Below are positions 48,782 through 62,118 of a DNA stretch of 64,000 bases, piece by piece (the first letter of the stretch is position 1; each line of letters begins with the position of its first letter). Below the pieces are notes generated by a model that was given only the letters and a program-made list of their open reading frames with translations, searched no databases and was not told where the DNA came from. The DNA comes from Lama glama (Eukaryota), in contig CM052832.1 of the NCBI GenBank assembly GCA_028534125.1, positions 9,426,001 to 9,490,000 on the forward strand, written 5' to 3'. The translations under genes were made by a program, and so were the position numbers.

Positions 48782-51700
48782 ACTAAAATCCTATGAAAAA
48801 CTTTGAAACTAGAAGGCTCTAAACTTTTCTAAAATTAATCCATCTTTTGGAGTTGGGGGTTCCTAGCGAATTCTTTGCCCATCCCTGTCCCCTTCCCCCA
48901 CAGGCAGGATGGGAGGCACTCTTGTTGCTTCCTGAATCATTGTGACCCTGGGGAGGTGGAGCTGTGAGGTGTGAAGGCGTCCTGCTGGCCAAGCAAAGGT
49001 GTTCACCTAGATCTGCCAGTGGTTTGTCTTCTCCAGAAAGCAATCATAGACTGAGCCACAGAGAATCTTCTAGAAGTATGAGCAAAAAGGTCACAAGTCT
49101 TTGAAGTCTGACCTGACTCCATCCCCATGGAAGTTCCCTTCCAGGCCGCAGGGGAGGCCAGAGTCTACTCCCATCACATGCCCCAGCTACCGGCCCTTCT
49201 CACCACCCCACCCCCTGATTTGGTTCCGGGTGTCAGTGAATTCCATCCTCACGGCCCCATCTTGCCTTGGCCTTTGTGCCAGGCCCTGTTGGGTGCTCCC
49301 CAGTAGGACTGCCTGTCAGCTCAAGTCCAGCCTCACCAGGATACTATCTTCTGGATCTCCTTTGCTTCCAGCTCTGTGGCTGTGACCAGTGTCACTCCAG
49401 CCCGACTCTGGCTCTGGAACTGCACTCCAGGCTCCCAGATGTCGAGAGAGAGAGAACAGCCCTCCCCGGCCTGTCTGAGGGAAGGCAGAAAGATGGGTTC
49501 AGGTGGGAGGCCTGTGAAACCACTTCCCTAACTTTACTCCCGACCTGCCCTGCCCCCCCCATCCCAAGCAACTCAGTAAGAAGAGTTGAAAGTGCCCAGA
49601 ACTGGGGCCCAGGAGAGACACCAGTGTGGGTGGGCAGCTTGCCCAGATCTGGGGGCTGCTTGGCAAGCCCAGAGGATCCGATCCCTGTTAAGATCCCGAG
49701 GAAGGTGTCATTGCCGTGGCTGGCGCTCTCTAATCCACAACAGGGTGCCCTGCCCAGCCCTCTCTCTGCACTCTCCACTCGGGTGAGGGCAGCTGTTGTT
49801 TGTACTGGGTGGGGAAGGCTTGAGCTAGGGAGTCAGGGTGAGGAGGATGCCAGTGTGGTTAGAGGGCTCCCAGCATCCTTGGTTTTTCTGTTGGACTGGT
49901 CATTCCTGCAGATGGGTGTGGAGGAGAGGAGGGGTGTCAGCACTGGCCCGGGGAGTCTTGGCAAGGGTTCAGCAGGGGTTACTCTGGGTCCCTACCACAG
50001 CCAAGCACTCACTGGGTCCCGAACCCTGACCTGACTCCGGAGATGGGTGAGACCTGGAGGAAATACCCATTCGGCTGGGAGAGGCCTGGACTCTGTCTTG
50101 GAATCTGCCCCGGTTTGGTGAGGAGACAGAATGACACTCTCAAGAGAGTACTTTCCAAGAAACACAGCTGTGATGTCATCTTGCAGGCATTCTTAGCCTT
50201 TGTCTCTAGCTGGATAGTGATCCCCTGAAGGGCGGGAAGTAAGTTACTCCTTACTCTGCTGCTTGCCCGACACCGCACTTGTAGAGAAGAGGGTTAGTGG
50301 ACAAGCTCAGGTTCTGGATTCCGAGCGAGACCTCCCTTCCTTTTGCCTCCAGGAGGAACTCTGGTGTCACCTGGTTCACCTGCACCCCTGAAAAACTTGC
50401 TCAATCTTCACCCACCACGGAAAACCTTTCACAGAAATGAAGATCTGGTATAAAAACAAGTCCTCCCTTTTCTACTATGAACATGTCTTTCTTTGAAACT
50501 GCTGTAACAGCAGCATCAGTAACAGTTTTTAAAAGCTTGAAAGGAAGATAGAAAGGCCACCTCTAAAAGATACAGTGCCCAAACTTTCTCTCACCCCTCC
50601 ATGTCTCTTGTTAATTGCCTGCACTCACTGTAGATGGCCCCAGATTTCACCACCATCCAGAGCCTGTTTCCCAGCAACCAAAGCTCAGAACATTTTTCCT
50701 CTGGATACTGTTCAGCACCAGTTTCCTCCAGTTAATTAGGCTCTTTGTAATTAGCCGTAATCGTCTTGTTAGGGACCCCTGCTGATAATAGCCTACTAGC
50801 CAGGGATCCCCAGGGAGAACGAATGAGCACCTGGGGACGTCAGCCACTGCCCCTGGGAACGTGCTGAGTGGATAGCAGGGATCTCAGAGAGGGAGGCCAG
50901 GCGAGGATTAGAGGCAGCCCCCTGCCTCGGTTTTGCATTTTATCCTGGGCTATGTCCAAGCCGTAGAATCCAAGAAGGGCTGGCTTAGAAAACTCGTTCA
51001 AGAATGAGGAAAGCGCTCCTGCCAGACAGACTCCAGGAGGAGAGACCTGAGTCTTCCCTTGACCGGACTGCAGAAGGATTTTGGGTCAGGGTGTAGAAGA
51101 CCGTGCAAGTTACAAGTGGCCCGGAGTAAGGCTGTGGGTGTGTACAACACGCAACAGGGAACACTGGCAGGGACCGGTGGTCTTCACCAGTGCGGCTGAC
51201 ACACACATCACGTACATCATCTAACAGCGTGCCTCCCATGGCCACAGGCTGATTTGGGATCTGCTCTCCAAGGGGCCATATCAAAAGTGTTCACTATGCA
51301 CCTGCTTAGGACCGGACGCTGTCTGTCACAGGGTGACTCTCACAATCCCCACGTCATGAAAGAGGAGACTGAGACTCAGAGGAGTAAACTTGCAGGGGCC
51401 ACAGAAGGAGGATGTGGCAGAACCAGGTTGTAACCTATGGCCTCTGATCAAAGTTGCCCCTGTTTATCACAGCATAGTAACATTATTATTTGAGGTGAGC
51501 ACATTCGGGTGTGATTTCTATGTACCAGGCTTGGGCCTAGGAATCCAACGCAGGAGCCCAGGAGTGGATTCTCAGCCCCGTGGGCGATGCCATGATCAGG
51601 ATGCAGTGAAGAGAGAGCCCGCTCCAGAGAAGCATGAGAGCAGATTTGCCGGTCTGGCCCTGCCTCTGCCTCTCACATCTTGGACACCCTTGTTTGATGG

Positions 51701-53544
51701 ACACACGCACACAGCACGGTCCTTCGCACTAATGCGCCGACCAAAGACTATGTCCAAGAGCCATCTCTGACTCTTGAGTTCACACTCCCTGCCCCAGCCC
51801 TCGCCGGGGGGGCAGCACAGACAGGAAGGTCAGAGGGCGCCGCCCACTTCCAACCCAGGACTGGCAGGGTGGAACGAGCACTCTGGGATGGGGAAGACTG
51901 AAGACCCTGTCACACAGCTGCAGCCCCAGAAACCAGCAAGGAGAAGGCCTCCTTCCCCCATGAGGCTTGAGGGTTCCCATAATAGGTGGTCCAGGAAGTT
52001 GCTGCACCTTCTGTGAGATTCTAGCAGGCAAGCCATCTGAGGACGTGAAGGGACAGACTTCTCATAAGTAGACAGACCTGGAAACTAACTCTTTCATTTG
52101 GGCAGTAGTCACGTGACGAGCCTGGTGTTGGGTGGAAGAAACTACTCAGCGTAGGGCTGGGTGCTAGCCTGCAAGGGCTGCCTGGCCCCGTGAGTGTCTC
52201 ACAGGGTCTTTGAGCTGCACTCTAACTCGGGAAACATACCGTCTGGCTGAGGGCGGAAAGGCTTCTCATTAATCTAGTTGGGGATATTCATCAGCCATGT
52301 GTCCCCTGATTGCCTGTCTGAGATGCACAGACTGGACCCACAACAGAGCAGCACATCAGCCTCTTGACAAGCCTGTCCAGGAGCTCAGCTCGTGTGACAT
52401 GTCCCCATCCCGGTCCTCTTCTTACACCATTACCTCCCTGAACTCTCTTTGCTGTTTTGATAGATACCTAAAAGGAACCATGGCTCCTCTTTGGTCCTTC
52501 AGTTAAATTGTTGGTTAATCCTTTACGTCTTTCTCTTTCTGTCTCTGCCCCTGGGCAAGGGGAGCATATGGGAACTGGGACCCCAAGCCCTTGAATGTTG
52601 GACAGAATTTGAGGAATGGTGATGGAACAGCTCCAGAGCCCCACATCCCACCGACCGCCTCTGCTCACATCCACTCTAGCAAAGCTGCTCCAGACACCCC
52701 CACCCCATTGCAACGGTTCGCACAGCCAGAGATATCCTGGTCTCCAGAACCTGTGGAAGATGCTTCCTTGTGCCAAAGATTAATCAGAAAGCTGCTTCCT
52801 TCTAGAAGTAACGCAAGAAACTTGCAAACCAAGGAAATCTGGTGGTGGCCCTGGTTTTTTAGGGACTTGAACCAGCCCAGCTGTGGAGAGTATATCCGCA
52901 TCTGGAGCCAGAGCTCTTGGCTTAAGGACCCATCAGGGAGTCACACTGACAAGGTGTTTATTTCAGAAATCTGAGTTGACATTACTGAGTCACGTATTTT
53001 CTCAGGGATCCTGGGGTTCCTGCCTCCCTGCCGGGGGTGGTTTCCACCTGATTGATTGGGGCTGAACTTCTGAGGGAAAAAGCAATTCAGATTTCCTGTA
53101 CTTCAGCTCCGTCAGTCAACCGTAGCAAAATGGAAATCTTGGGCTTGTTCTGGTTGGGAGGAAAAATACTATAGTTCAGAGGATTAGAGCTCTGAAAGGT
53201 GGAGGCTTGTGAAAGCCCCAGCCATGTACCATCCAAAGAATCGGAGATACGGAGAATTCAAAAAATCAGAACGAGGCAGAGTTTTCTCCAAAGCAGCCAG
53301 GGTGACTGAGCCTTCCCTGGAGACAGGCCAGCACCATCCTCTATGGTTGTCTGCATATCCTGCTTTGACATGAATATCGAGTTTAGCCAGCGAGGCAAAT
53401 GCACCCCCCCAGCCTCTTCCTCACTGGTCTGCGGATCTGTCAGGAACTGGTCCCACTCACCTCCCAGCCTCATTTGCTTTCCCTCCACTGGAACCCTACA
53501 GCTGAGCCATGCTGGATTATTTCTTCTCCCTTGAGCACCTTCAT

Positions 53545-53752
53545 TCCCTCATCTGTAAAATGGGTAGCAGTAATACCCATCTTACAGGGTTGTTGGTAGA
53601 ACCAAATGACTAATAGCTTTCAAGTGCTTAGAACTTGCCATACCACACAGTAAGCACCTATAAGTATTAGCTTTTCCTTTCCTAGTGTTTTGCATGTCGT
53701 AAACACCTACTGAATATCTGCTGAACAGATGAATGAATGAATCAATGAATGA
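53545..53752 (+). mobile_element. MIR 3' half followed by an L2 tail
   Basis: ctcatctgtaaaatgggtagcagtaatac ... cacagtaagcac, then a (GAAT)n tail. Confidence 0.65.
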
Positions 53753-54084
53753 AATGTGTCCTCTCACTGCTTGCCTCCGACTTTGCACACACTGCTTTCT
53801 CGCCCCAGGATTCTCTTCCATCTCCTTCTTGCCTGATTTGCTTTGGTGTCTTTTTAAACTATGCTCAGGTGTTTTCTCTACCTGTAAGCCTTAACCTGAG
53901 TGTGATTTTCCTCCTTTCTGCCCCACTGGCACCCGACCCCTCCCTTCACCCCTGCAGTCATTACCTTGAATGGAGTGGTTTTCCTCCCCATCAGGTTGTG
54001 AGCATCTTGCAGGTGGAGGCTGTTGAATCCACCACATTGTGTGGAGCACCTGCCACGAGAGTTCTTGCCCTTGTTGTAATTATA

Positions 54085-54295
54085 TAAAAACTGCAGCTTA
54101 ACTCTGTTGAGCACTCACGATTTGCCAGTTACTAAGCTAGACACTTTTTATGCGTCCTCCTCTTTAACCCTGACAAAATTCCTAAGAGTTGGAGACAGTT
54201 AGGATTATTCCCATATGGAAGTAACAAAACTGAGTCTTAGGTTCAGCAACTTGCCAAAGTCAAGGCTGCAGCTGAGATTTGAACCCACGTGTCAG
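54085..54295 (-). mobile_element. MIR SINE
   Basis: aactgagtcttaggttcagcaacttgccaaagtc ... gagatttgaaccca. Confidence 0.65.
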
Positions 54296-54457
54296 GGCTG
54301 CGAACCATGACATGACACTGACTTTTTGTTCAAACAGGAGTGTGATCTGGATTATATCACTTGCTGCTGAACAGTTGTATTTTGTAGCTTAAGTGAACCA
54401 ACAATTAGAAGTGGGGAGAACAGAGCTATTTTTGATGAAGTTTGTGTTTTGTTGTAG

Positions 54458-54546
54458 GTTCAGACAAGTGGACCTCCCTAGAAAGAAAACTGTTTAATAA
54501 AGCACTAGCCACTTACAGCAAAGACTTTATTTTTGTACAGAAGATG
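54458..54546 (+). CDS. TRERF1: TRERF1 coding exon 10, first half of SANT domain ([30 protein letters not shown])
   Basis: Acceptor gttgTAG|GT and donor ATG|GTAAGC. SANT pattern WTxxExxLFxxAL. Confidence 0.96.
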
Positions 54547-56460
54547 GTAAGCATGCTCTTTCCCATTACTTACTTGAAACTGAATTTGGGAAGTTGTACA
54601 CTTAAAGATATAGGGAAATATTTGGTTACTGGTTTAACACTCTCACAAAAAGAATGTCTTCCATCCCTTGCTGGTAAAGGATGGTATTTGTTGTGGGTGG
54701 CACAGCCCCAGTGTCCGGGGTGTCGGGGGAGAGGGACAGAGGTTATTTAGATGTGGCAGTGGCAAGGGTGTGGTGTTTTTACCCTAATAAAAATGCGTAA
54801 CTTATGCATTCTATCAGGATAAATAGACCTGGGACCTCTGGTTTGCAATTTATAAAATGTATTTTATTTCATGTGTATTTGACAGATCTATCATGTTTCT
54901 GACAGAATTTGGCACGCGGGGGTAGATTGGAGAAGGGAGGGTATGTGCCCTCCCCACGCTGGCGGCAGGATGTCTGGTGCTGGCCTCTGCTCAGGACAGT
55001 AATAGTAAAAATAATATGTTCTGTCTGCAGCATTTCACAGCAGAATAGAACTGTTTTACAAAGATGAAACAGCACTTTATCCAGCACGTGATAAAATTCA
55101 TAGGCCTTAATTGCCTGAGAGGTGGTTTAGGCTAAAAGTTACAGTGAGTCAGAGTGTTTGAGCAAACCCATGAGCGAGGGAGCCACACTGAGATATCAAG
55201 GTCGTTAAGATGTTCAGGTGCACAGAGAACAGGGTCGCAGGGGACAGCTGCCCCTGGCTCTGAGCCGGTCGTCAGTATTGTCCCAGGTTCATGTCTCCTG
55301 TCCTTAATCCAGGAGGAGGAGAATCGGAATAGGTTCACTTTTCTCCAGCTTGCCTCCATCCCCAGATCTGCCTGCCCTTCCTGGCCTTGGAGGCCACCGT
55401 GCTCTTTGCTGCTCCGTGTCCCAGCCGCTCCCATGCTCCCCATGTTCCCATCTGTCTTGAGTCACCTCCCCCGGGACTGGCCTGTCCAAGGCCTCATTCC
55501 TTAAAGGCCCTGCACCTTGTTGACTGATGATAGATTCAGGTGTTACGCTCGCCAGGCGACGCAGGATTTTAAACAAAAGTTCTCTGGGACACTATCCTCA
55601 CTCCCCAGGTGATTCTGGTGCAGAAACTCAAACTTTCAAGTGGCTGTGAAGGGGCAGCTTTGCGGAGACCAGACTTCTGGAGGTGCCCATCTTCTCCGGT
55701 CACCATGCAGGTGGCTGTGTTCCCACTCCCATGAGGACAGATAGCCTTTTTATCTGCTTCCAGAAAACCCACATTATTGATCCCCACTCTGAGCTTAGAG
55801 AACTATGAACTAAACAAGGGAATTTTTTTCCTCTTTAAAACACATTTACCTTTGCCCCTTTGAGGTGAGAACAGGCCAAGGCTTATTTTCTGCAAAAACC
55901 AAGCTCTTGTCTTCATAATGTTTGCCTTATACTCCTGTTTGATGACTGAGGAACATTTTTCATAAATAGATTTTGAAGGTAAACAGGTCAGAGAGACAAA
56001 TGCATTCAAGCACTTGAAAAAGCAAGCTGCTTTATGGGTCGAAAAAGGGAATGACCTCTCTGTGGGTGGCTGTGGAAAAAAATCTCCAAGCTATCTTGTG
56101 AAAAAAATCAAGGTGCAAAACAGTACATGGAGTGCTACCTTTTGTGAGGCAGACTGGGGCGAGGAATATATTTTCATGGTTGTTGGTATATGTGTAAAGG
56201 AATTCTGGAATGCTACCCAAGATGTGAATGAACAAAAGGGGCCAGTTCTGTTGCGAGGGTGGAGAGTGAATGCATGGATGGATGGATGGATGGATGAATG
56301 AATGGAGAACAGGTGTGGGAAGGAGATTTTTTCAGGATGTATATGTTTTTCTTAAACTGTGTAAACCTACTACCTATTACAAAATTAACATTTCATGAAA
56401 GCTTGCTGCTCTGCACGCTGCCCAGTGCTAGAGCTGATCTTGAAATGACTTTCCCGGCAG

Positions 56461-56574
56461 GTGAAGTCCAAGACGGTGGCTCAGTGCGTGGAATACTACT
56501 ACACATGGAAAAAAATCATGCGGTTGGGGCGGAAACACCGGACACGCCTGGCAGAAATCATCGACGATTGCGTG
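56461..56574 (+). CDS. TRERF1: TRERF1 coding exon 11, second half of SANT domain ([18 protein letters not shown]...IIDDCV)
   Basis: Acceptor cggCAG|GTG and donor GTG|GTGAGT. SANT motif KTVxQCVEYYYxWKK. Confidence 0.96.
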
Positions 56575-57306
56575 GTGAGTGAAAACGCAGGTGCTGCTCA
56601 TGCGGGCCCCACCCTCACCCCACGCCCCAGTTACAAGTGGCTTATGTTTGGCTGGGCTTTGCTACCAGGTGGCCACGGTGAGTGGATTCCGGCCTTGACT
56701 TCCTGGGATAACCAGGCAGAGGGGAGGCAGCTTCATGTTTGACCCATAGCCCAGTGATCAGTTAAGGAGGTGAGGACTGGTTTGCATTCCAAGGAGGGTA
56801 GGAGCCAGGGGTGTTAAACCATGGCGGTCCCAGCCTTGATGCGGCTGGTTTATATGCAGGCGCCCTGACACCCTGGGATATCCCTTCCTGATCCTTCCAT
56901 ATTACAGATGCTTCTGACCAGAGAACGTAACATGCCGTAGAGAGACCATGGGGCCCTCGGGTTTTGCACAGCTTCCACAAGGCATGTGCAAGGTGCAGCT
57001 TTGACCTCTAGAGGGAGCCAGGAGCTCCCCATTAACTGAGGAACTGGCTCGCAGCGTGTAGATTATTCTGGTCCTCACATCACCATTTCTCCCTGACGCT
57101 GATTTCCTTACTTAGCAGACAGTCCAAAGTTGTCTGCATATTAAGGTGAAGAGCCTACTAAAGACATCAGGAGGCCGAATCCTCTCTAAACCCCTTATGT
57201 GTGGCTTTGGAAATTGCTACCTCTTTTGTCCTTGTGGTTAACCCTCTTCTCTGCAGCCAAAGCCAAGGGAAATCGCCTTCTCACATGTTGTAGAAAACAT
57301 CTACCC

Positions 57307-57351
57307 TGTGTGTGTGTGTGTGCGGGCGCACACGTGCATGTGTGTGTGTGT
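57307..57351. repeat. (TG)n/(CA/CG) microsatellite
   Basis: Directly visible. Confidence 0.85.
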
Positions 57352-58346
57352 AAAAATTGCAAGACTTACAACAGGTTACTAAACTCCAGTCTGCAACCAT
57401 CAGGGAAAGTGTTTGGAATTCATGAATATCGTGAATATTTATAATTATACTTTCATTCCCAGTTTTGCCTCAACTGTGTTTTTAGCATGTAAGTGGGTTA
57501 ATTTCTTTCACAGCCACTACATAGCACATCATGTGTTCCAGGCATTATAAGAGGCACTTTACACATATGGACTCATTTTAGGAAATGGAAACACAGAGCC
57601 TAGGTAACTTAGCCATGGTCAAAGGGCTGGTGAGTGTGTTGTCTGAGCCTGATTCCTTTGTGTAATACTTAAGAGCAATCAAATGCAAATTCTTTCAGAG
57701 AAGTGTCAGAACACTTGGACGCGTTAATGCTTCAAAGCTCAGGTTCCTAACTCAGTTGATCCTAGCCATACACACATATATAAATTTATATTTGGACCCA
57801 GATATCAAAAAAATACACATCTGTGGAATAGAATGGTGGTGTCATTTTTCTCAACAGAGATGACAGTATCCTATATTCAGGATTTCCTGTGACCAGGACT
57901 TTTATTTGACTGGCTTAATTAGTGATGTCATATCTAAATAGCCTTTTTATCATCTGTGGTCTAATGTTTAAAAAAGCAGTGTGGCCTCTTCTGGTTCAAT
58001 CAACTGAAAGCAATTCAGTTCCCCCTGTGTCTGTAGCGCTCTGGGTAATGAGGGACACTAACTGGCCCCTGCCCAACCTTCCCCTGCCCCAGGAGCATAT
58101 ATTATATTTGGGAAGATACGACACACACAAAGTTTACCACGACCCACAGGAGTGTTTAAAAGCAGTACAAGGTGAGGAACAGAAAGGCTTAGATATGGCC
58201 TTAGGGACTCTCTCTCAACCAGCTCCACCATTCCACAGGCAGAGAGGGGAAGGGGCTTGCCCAGGGTCACTCAGAGCATTGCTTTCTGAATGAGTAGGGT
58301 AGACACAGACAGTAAACAAGGAAGCACAAAGAGTCCTGGCCTGGGA

Positions 58347-58490
58347 AGGGGGTGGTGTAGCTCAGTGGCCAAGTGCATGCTTAGCATGCATGAGGTCCTG
58401 GGTTCAATCCCCAGTACCTGTGTTAAAAAATAAATAAAAATAGATAATCCTAGTTACCTGCCGCACCCCCCCCCACCCCAAAGAAAGAAG
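58347..58490 (+). mobile_element. tRNA-Ala-derived SINE (vic-1-like) with TSD
   Basis: ggtgtagctcagtggccaagtgcatgcttagcatgcatgaggtcctgggttcaatccccagtacc. Flanking repeats aaagagtcctggcctggga (58328-58346) and aaagaatcttggcctggga (58491-58509). Confidence 0.9.
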
Positions 58491-59364
58491 AAAGAATCTT
58501 GGCCTGGGAGACCTAGTACCTGGCCTCTAAGCTTCCTGACCTATAAAATGGGGCCAATAGTTTAGATGATTTGAAAAGTCCCTTTCAATTCTTGACAATT
58601 CTGGGTTCTGTCAGAGGCACATTTTGGAAGAGAGCAGAATCAGAGACTATGGTGTCCTAAGGCAAATTGACAGCTCTTCAGTTTCCGTGTTACCAAGTGC
58701 CCAGGACAGTGCCTGGCCTAATATCAGCACTCAGTAAATGTGTGTTGAATCAATGAGAGAACATTTTTCCCAGGTGGGAGTCACCCTGGGTCGTGGCACC
58801 AATCAGTCCCTCTGTGAACTCACTGGAGGAGACTGGGTGAAGCAGGGCATTCTGAGCAGAGGAGGGCTGCTAAGGAAGGTGGGACTTTAGGAGGCAGAGG
58901 CGCCATCTTGGGCTGGCAGTCCTCTGCAAGTGGGTGGAAAGGCCCAAGCCAGCGTGTAGCCTCAGACTGAGGAGGAAAGGTTAAGACGGCGCCCCAGGCA
59001 CCACACCTTCTTGGGCTTATTTGCCAAGAGCCAGTGTTAGGCTGGGTCAGGTGCATCCACACCTTGTGACCTGTGAACTTAGGGAGAACAAAAAGCTATG
59101 CACAGAAATGACTCAGGCCCCCTGGAAAACAAGAAAATCTTGATCTAAGGCCAGCGTGGTAGCTCACAGCTCCCTTTAGGACACTGTGAAGGCATGATCA
59201 ACCTTCTGGTGATAGTTTGCCAAGTGAAGATGAGAAATTGGGACGGTGCAAGGACTGGGGAGGGTGCAGAAGGCACAGTCCTAGGAGGGAGTCCCGCTCT
59301 TTGTCCTCCGGGCCTGCTTTGGACACCTAGGTAGCTCTCCTGACCATGTGTGCTCAGTATTTTA

Positions 59365-59428
59365 ATTTTTTTTAATCAAAGCATAATTGATTTACACTAT
59401 CAGTTTCAGGTGTAGAGCAAAGTGATTC

Positions 59429-59472
<44 letters not shown>

Positions 59473-59659
59473 TCTTTTTCATATTCTTTTTCATTATAGG
59501 TTACTACAAGATATTAAATGTAGTTCCCTGTGCTATACAGTAGGTCCTTATTGTTTATCTGTTTCATATATAGTAGTGTGTACCTGTTAATCCCAAACTC
59601 CTAATTTATCCCTCCCTCCCCTTCCCTCTTTGGTAACCATAAGCTTGTTTTCTACTTCT
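59365..59659 (-). mobile_element. Younger 5'-truncated L1 3' end with a perfect 12-bp TSD and internal (GATA)n
   Basis: TSD ctcagtatttta at 59353-59364 and 59660-59671. (GATA)n at about 59430-59472. Confidence 0.88.
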
Positions 59660-61982
59660 CTCAGTATTTTATTAAAGGGACAGGTGATTGTATTCCCCCA
59701 ACATGGTTAAGTAGCTCAGGGACTTTTCGGGGAAGAGGGGAAAAGGAGGACGGTGAGGAATGACGGCCCTTTAGGAGCTAGAAGCTCAGCAGAGCACAGT
59801 TGCTCAGCCAGTAGGTGATTTGACTTCTGGTCTGAGACCATCACAGGCCCTTCCGCCCCTGCAGGCAGAAGGGGCCAAGGAGGCGGGAGGAAAATGCACC
59901 GACCGCACCTTCCTGTCCCCTGCCCAGCCTCGTGCTCCCAGTCAGAGCCAATCTGTGGGTCTGGCTGTGACCAAAATTCAGCACAATTCAAGAAACCAAC
60001 TGAGGCAGTTAACTGACTTTGGAAGACAGCAGTCAGGGCTCCAAACCACCAGCTGCCCTGTGGTCCCAGCACCTAAGTTACCTACAGCATGATCCATTGA
60101 CGAGAGGCGTGGGAAACATCCTCCTTCTCTTTGACCTGTACCGGCAGCTGGTTCCATCGGTTCTGAGAGGTTTCAGAGCTCTGTGTTTGAGCGGAAAGCC
60201 TAAGCCATGTCCAGATTGACAGCTGTGCATGTGTGGCCAGGGAGTGAAGGCTGAGGTTTTAGAATCAGACAGTACAGGTTTTAAATCTCAGTTCAACTTC
60301 TTTACCAGCTCGGTGATCTTGGGAAAAATTAGTTCTCTGGCCAATTTCTCATTTGTTTTAAAAAATAGGAATTTGTGCAGGGCTTTTTGAGAATTGGAAA
60401 AGGGGACTGATTCATAGCAGGCCCTCAGTATGTTATCATTGCATTGTCGTTCATTCATGACTGTAACACTCATGTTTGTGTCCTTGAATAAATTTGAAGT
60501 GTTGAGCATTTGTATTTTAACTTGTAAACTTCTCATAATACATATGCCATTTGCAGGCCTGAGAAATAAAAATCATCTTCTCCTCAAGAAACTCCTGTAT
60601 GGACTCTCCAGGTTTTGAGCGCCTTGTGAGATAAAGAACCACCTTCCTGCCCTGTATTTGCCCACCTTCTACCAATTTTGGAATATTACCAAATGTTTCA
60701 TTTCCCAAGACGTCATAAAATGGCCAGCTTGTTGACACAGAGTCCTACACGCTAGGGTTTTTGTTCTCCTGCCTTTGCCTCTCTTAGTCACACTGGTGAG
60801 CCAGTTGGCTTGAGGATAAATCATTTGGTGAACATGTGGAGATTGCCGTTTGCGGTAAAACCTGTCTAAATTCCTGAGGCATATATAAGCACAGAACAGT
60901 ATAATTTAATGTGCAATTTAATGGCTATATGGAACTTTTCTTCTAAGAGCTTTTAAGCCAGATAATGGCATGGTGAGAAAATTATAATGATAACCACCAC
61001 AGTGAAACAAGTGTGGTGGTCATTTAAAGTTCCCATGTAATTTACTTTAAATGGCAAGGTGTAGGCCATGGTCTGCTTAATAACCTGATACTTGAGACCA
61101 CGAAGTTCCAGCTCTGTAAAGGAATGGAGTGAACCCTTGGAGTGTGACGTAACATGGTTTCCCCTGAAGTTCTTTGAGACTGGAAGATGATGGATTCATA
61201 TGGGGAAAAGGCCAGTTAAGTGAAATCAACCTGTATGTTCTATACTAGTAAGAGACCTATAAGCTTATACCATAAATCACTCTGTAAAATGTATTAAGCC
61301 TAGATCTGTAGTCATTGACACTTTTCAGCAAATGTAATTATTACTGGTTAATCCTAATTGACCCACTAGAAACTGGGACTACTTCTTAAGTAGACCCTAT
61401 TAATACATCATCCCACATATGCATCTATACCACATTGGATAGGGACAATACTCAAACAGTGGGGGCAACGCTAAGTATCCATGTGTCCTGGAATTATCTT
61501 TCTCTTTCACTCCCAATCCAAACTGAAAAGGGGAAACTTGTGCTTTCTGGATCCCAGGATAGTGCTGCTCTCTGAAATCTTTGTTCTTGGAAATCCTCGC
61601 TTCTAGGTTCTAAGAATCATAGGCTCACTTAGAGTTATATCACTGTCTGGAGTAAACCAAACTGGAGCCCACGTGCTTTAAGCAGTGGGTATGTGGAGAG
61701 TCTGGCAGAGACAAATGACCCATCAGGCATGGAGACAGCCGGAATCCCTTTTGTTTCCTAGTTTGTAGAATAGGACGGCTGTTTACAGCCTATTCAGTGA
61801 CACAGCAAACGCGAAAGCACTTTGTACACCATAAAGGGCTGTAAAACAGAAGCTGAAATGAGATTGATGTAACATAGAATTCCCTTTCCCTGGTCCTCAG
61901 TCCTTTGTAGGCCCAGAGGAGCAAGCATCCTTCACTGCACTGTGGAGAGGAGAGATTACAGAGTAAGGTAGTTCAATAAAAA

Positions 61983-62118
61983 GGGGGAGGGTATAACTCA
62001 GTGGTAGAATGTGTGCTTAGCATGCACGAGGTCCTGGGTTGAATCCCCAGTGCCTCCATTAATAAATAAATAAACCAATTTCCCTCCCCCCTAAAAATCG
62101 ATGAGTAAATAAATAAAA
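61983..62118 (+). mobile_element. tRNA-Ala-derived SINE (vic-1-like)
   Basis: gggggagggtataactcagtggtagaatgtgtgcttagcatgcacgaggtcctgggttgaatccccagtgcctcca, followed by an (AATA)n tail. Confidence 0.88.

Noticed and set aside
49267..50034. 255-aa intronic ORF (and the 194-aa ORF at 24190-24774)
   Set aside because: No recognisable domain or convincing splice context, and the 49267 ORF starts at a non-ATG codon. Consistent with chance in GC-rich intron.
61987..62058. Apparent tRNA-Ala(AGC) gene, also at 58347, 37690 and 16755
   Set aside because: The stems and boxes contain mismatches. Each copy has a shared 5' G-rich extension and an AT-rich tail, and one has a clear TSD. These are SINE heads, not tRNA genes.
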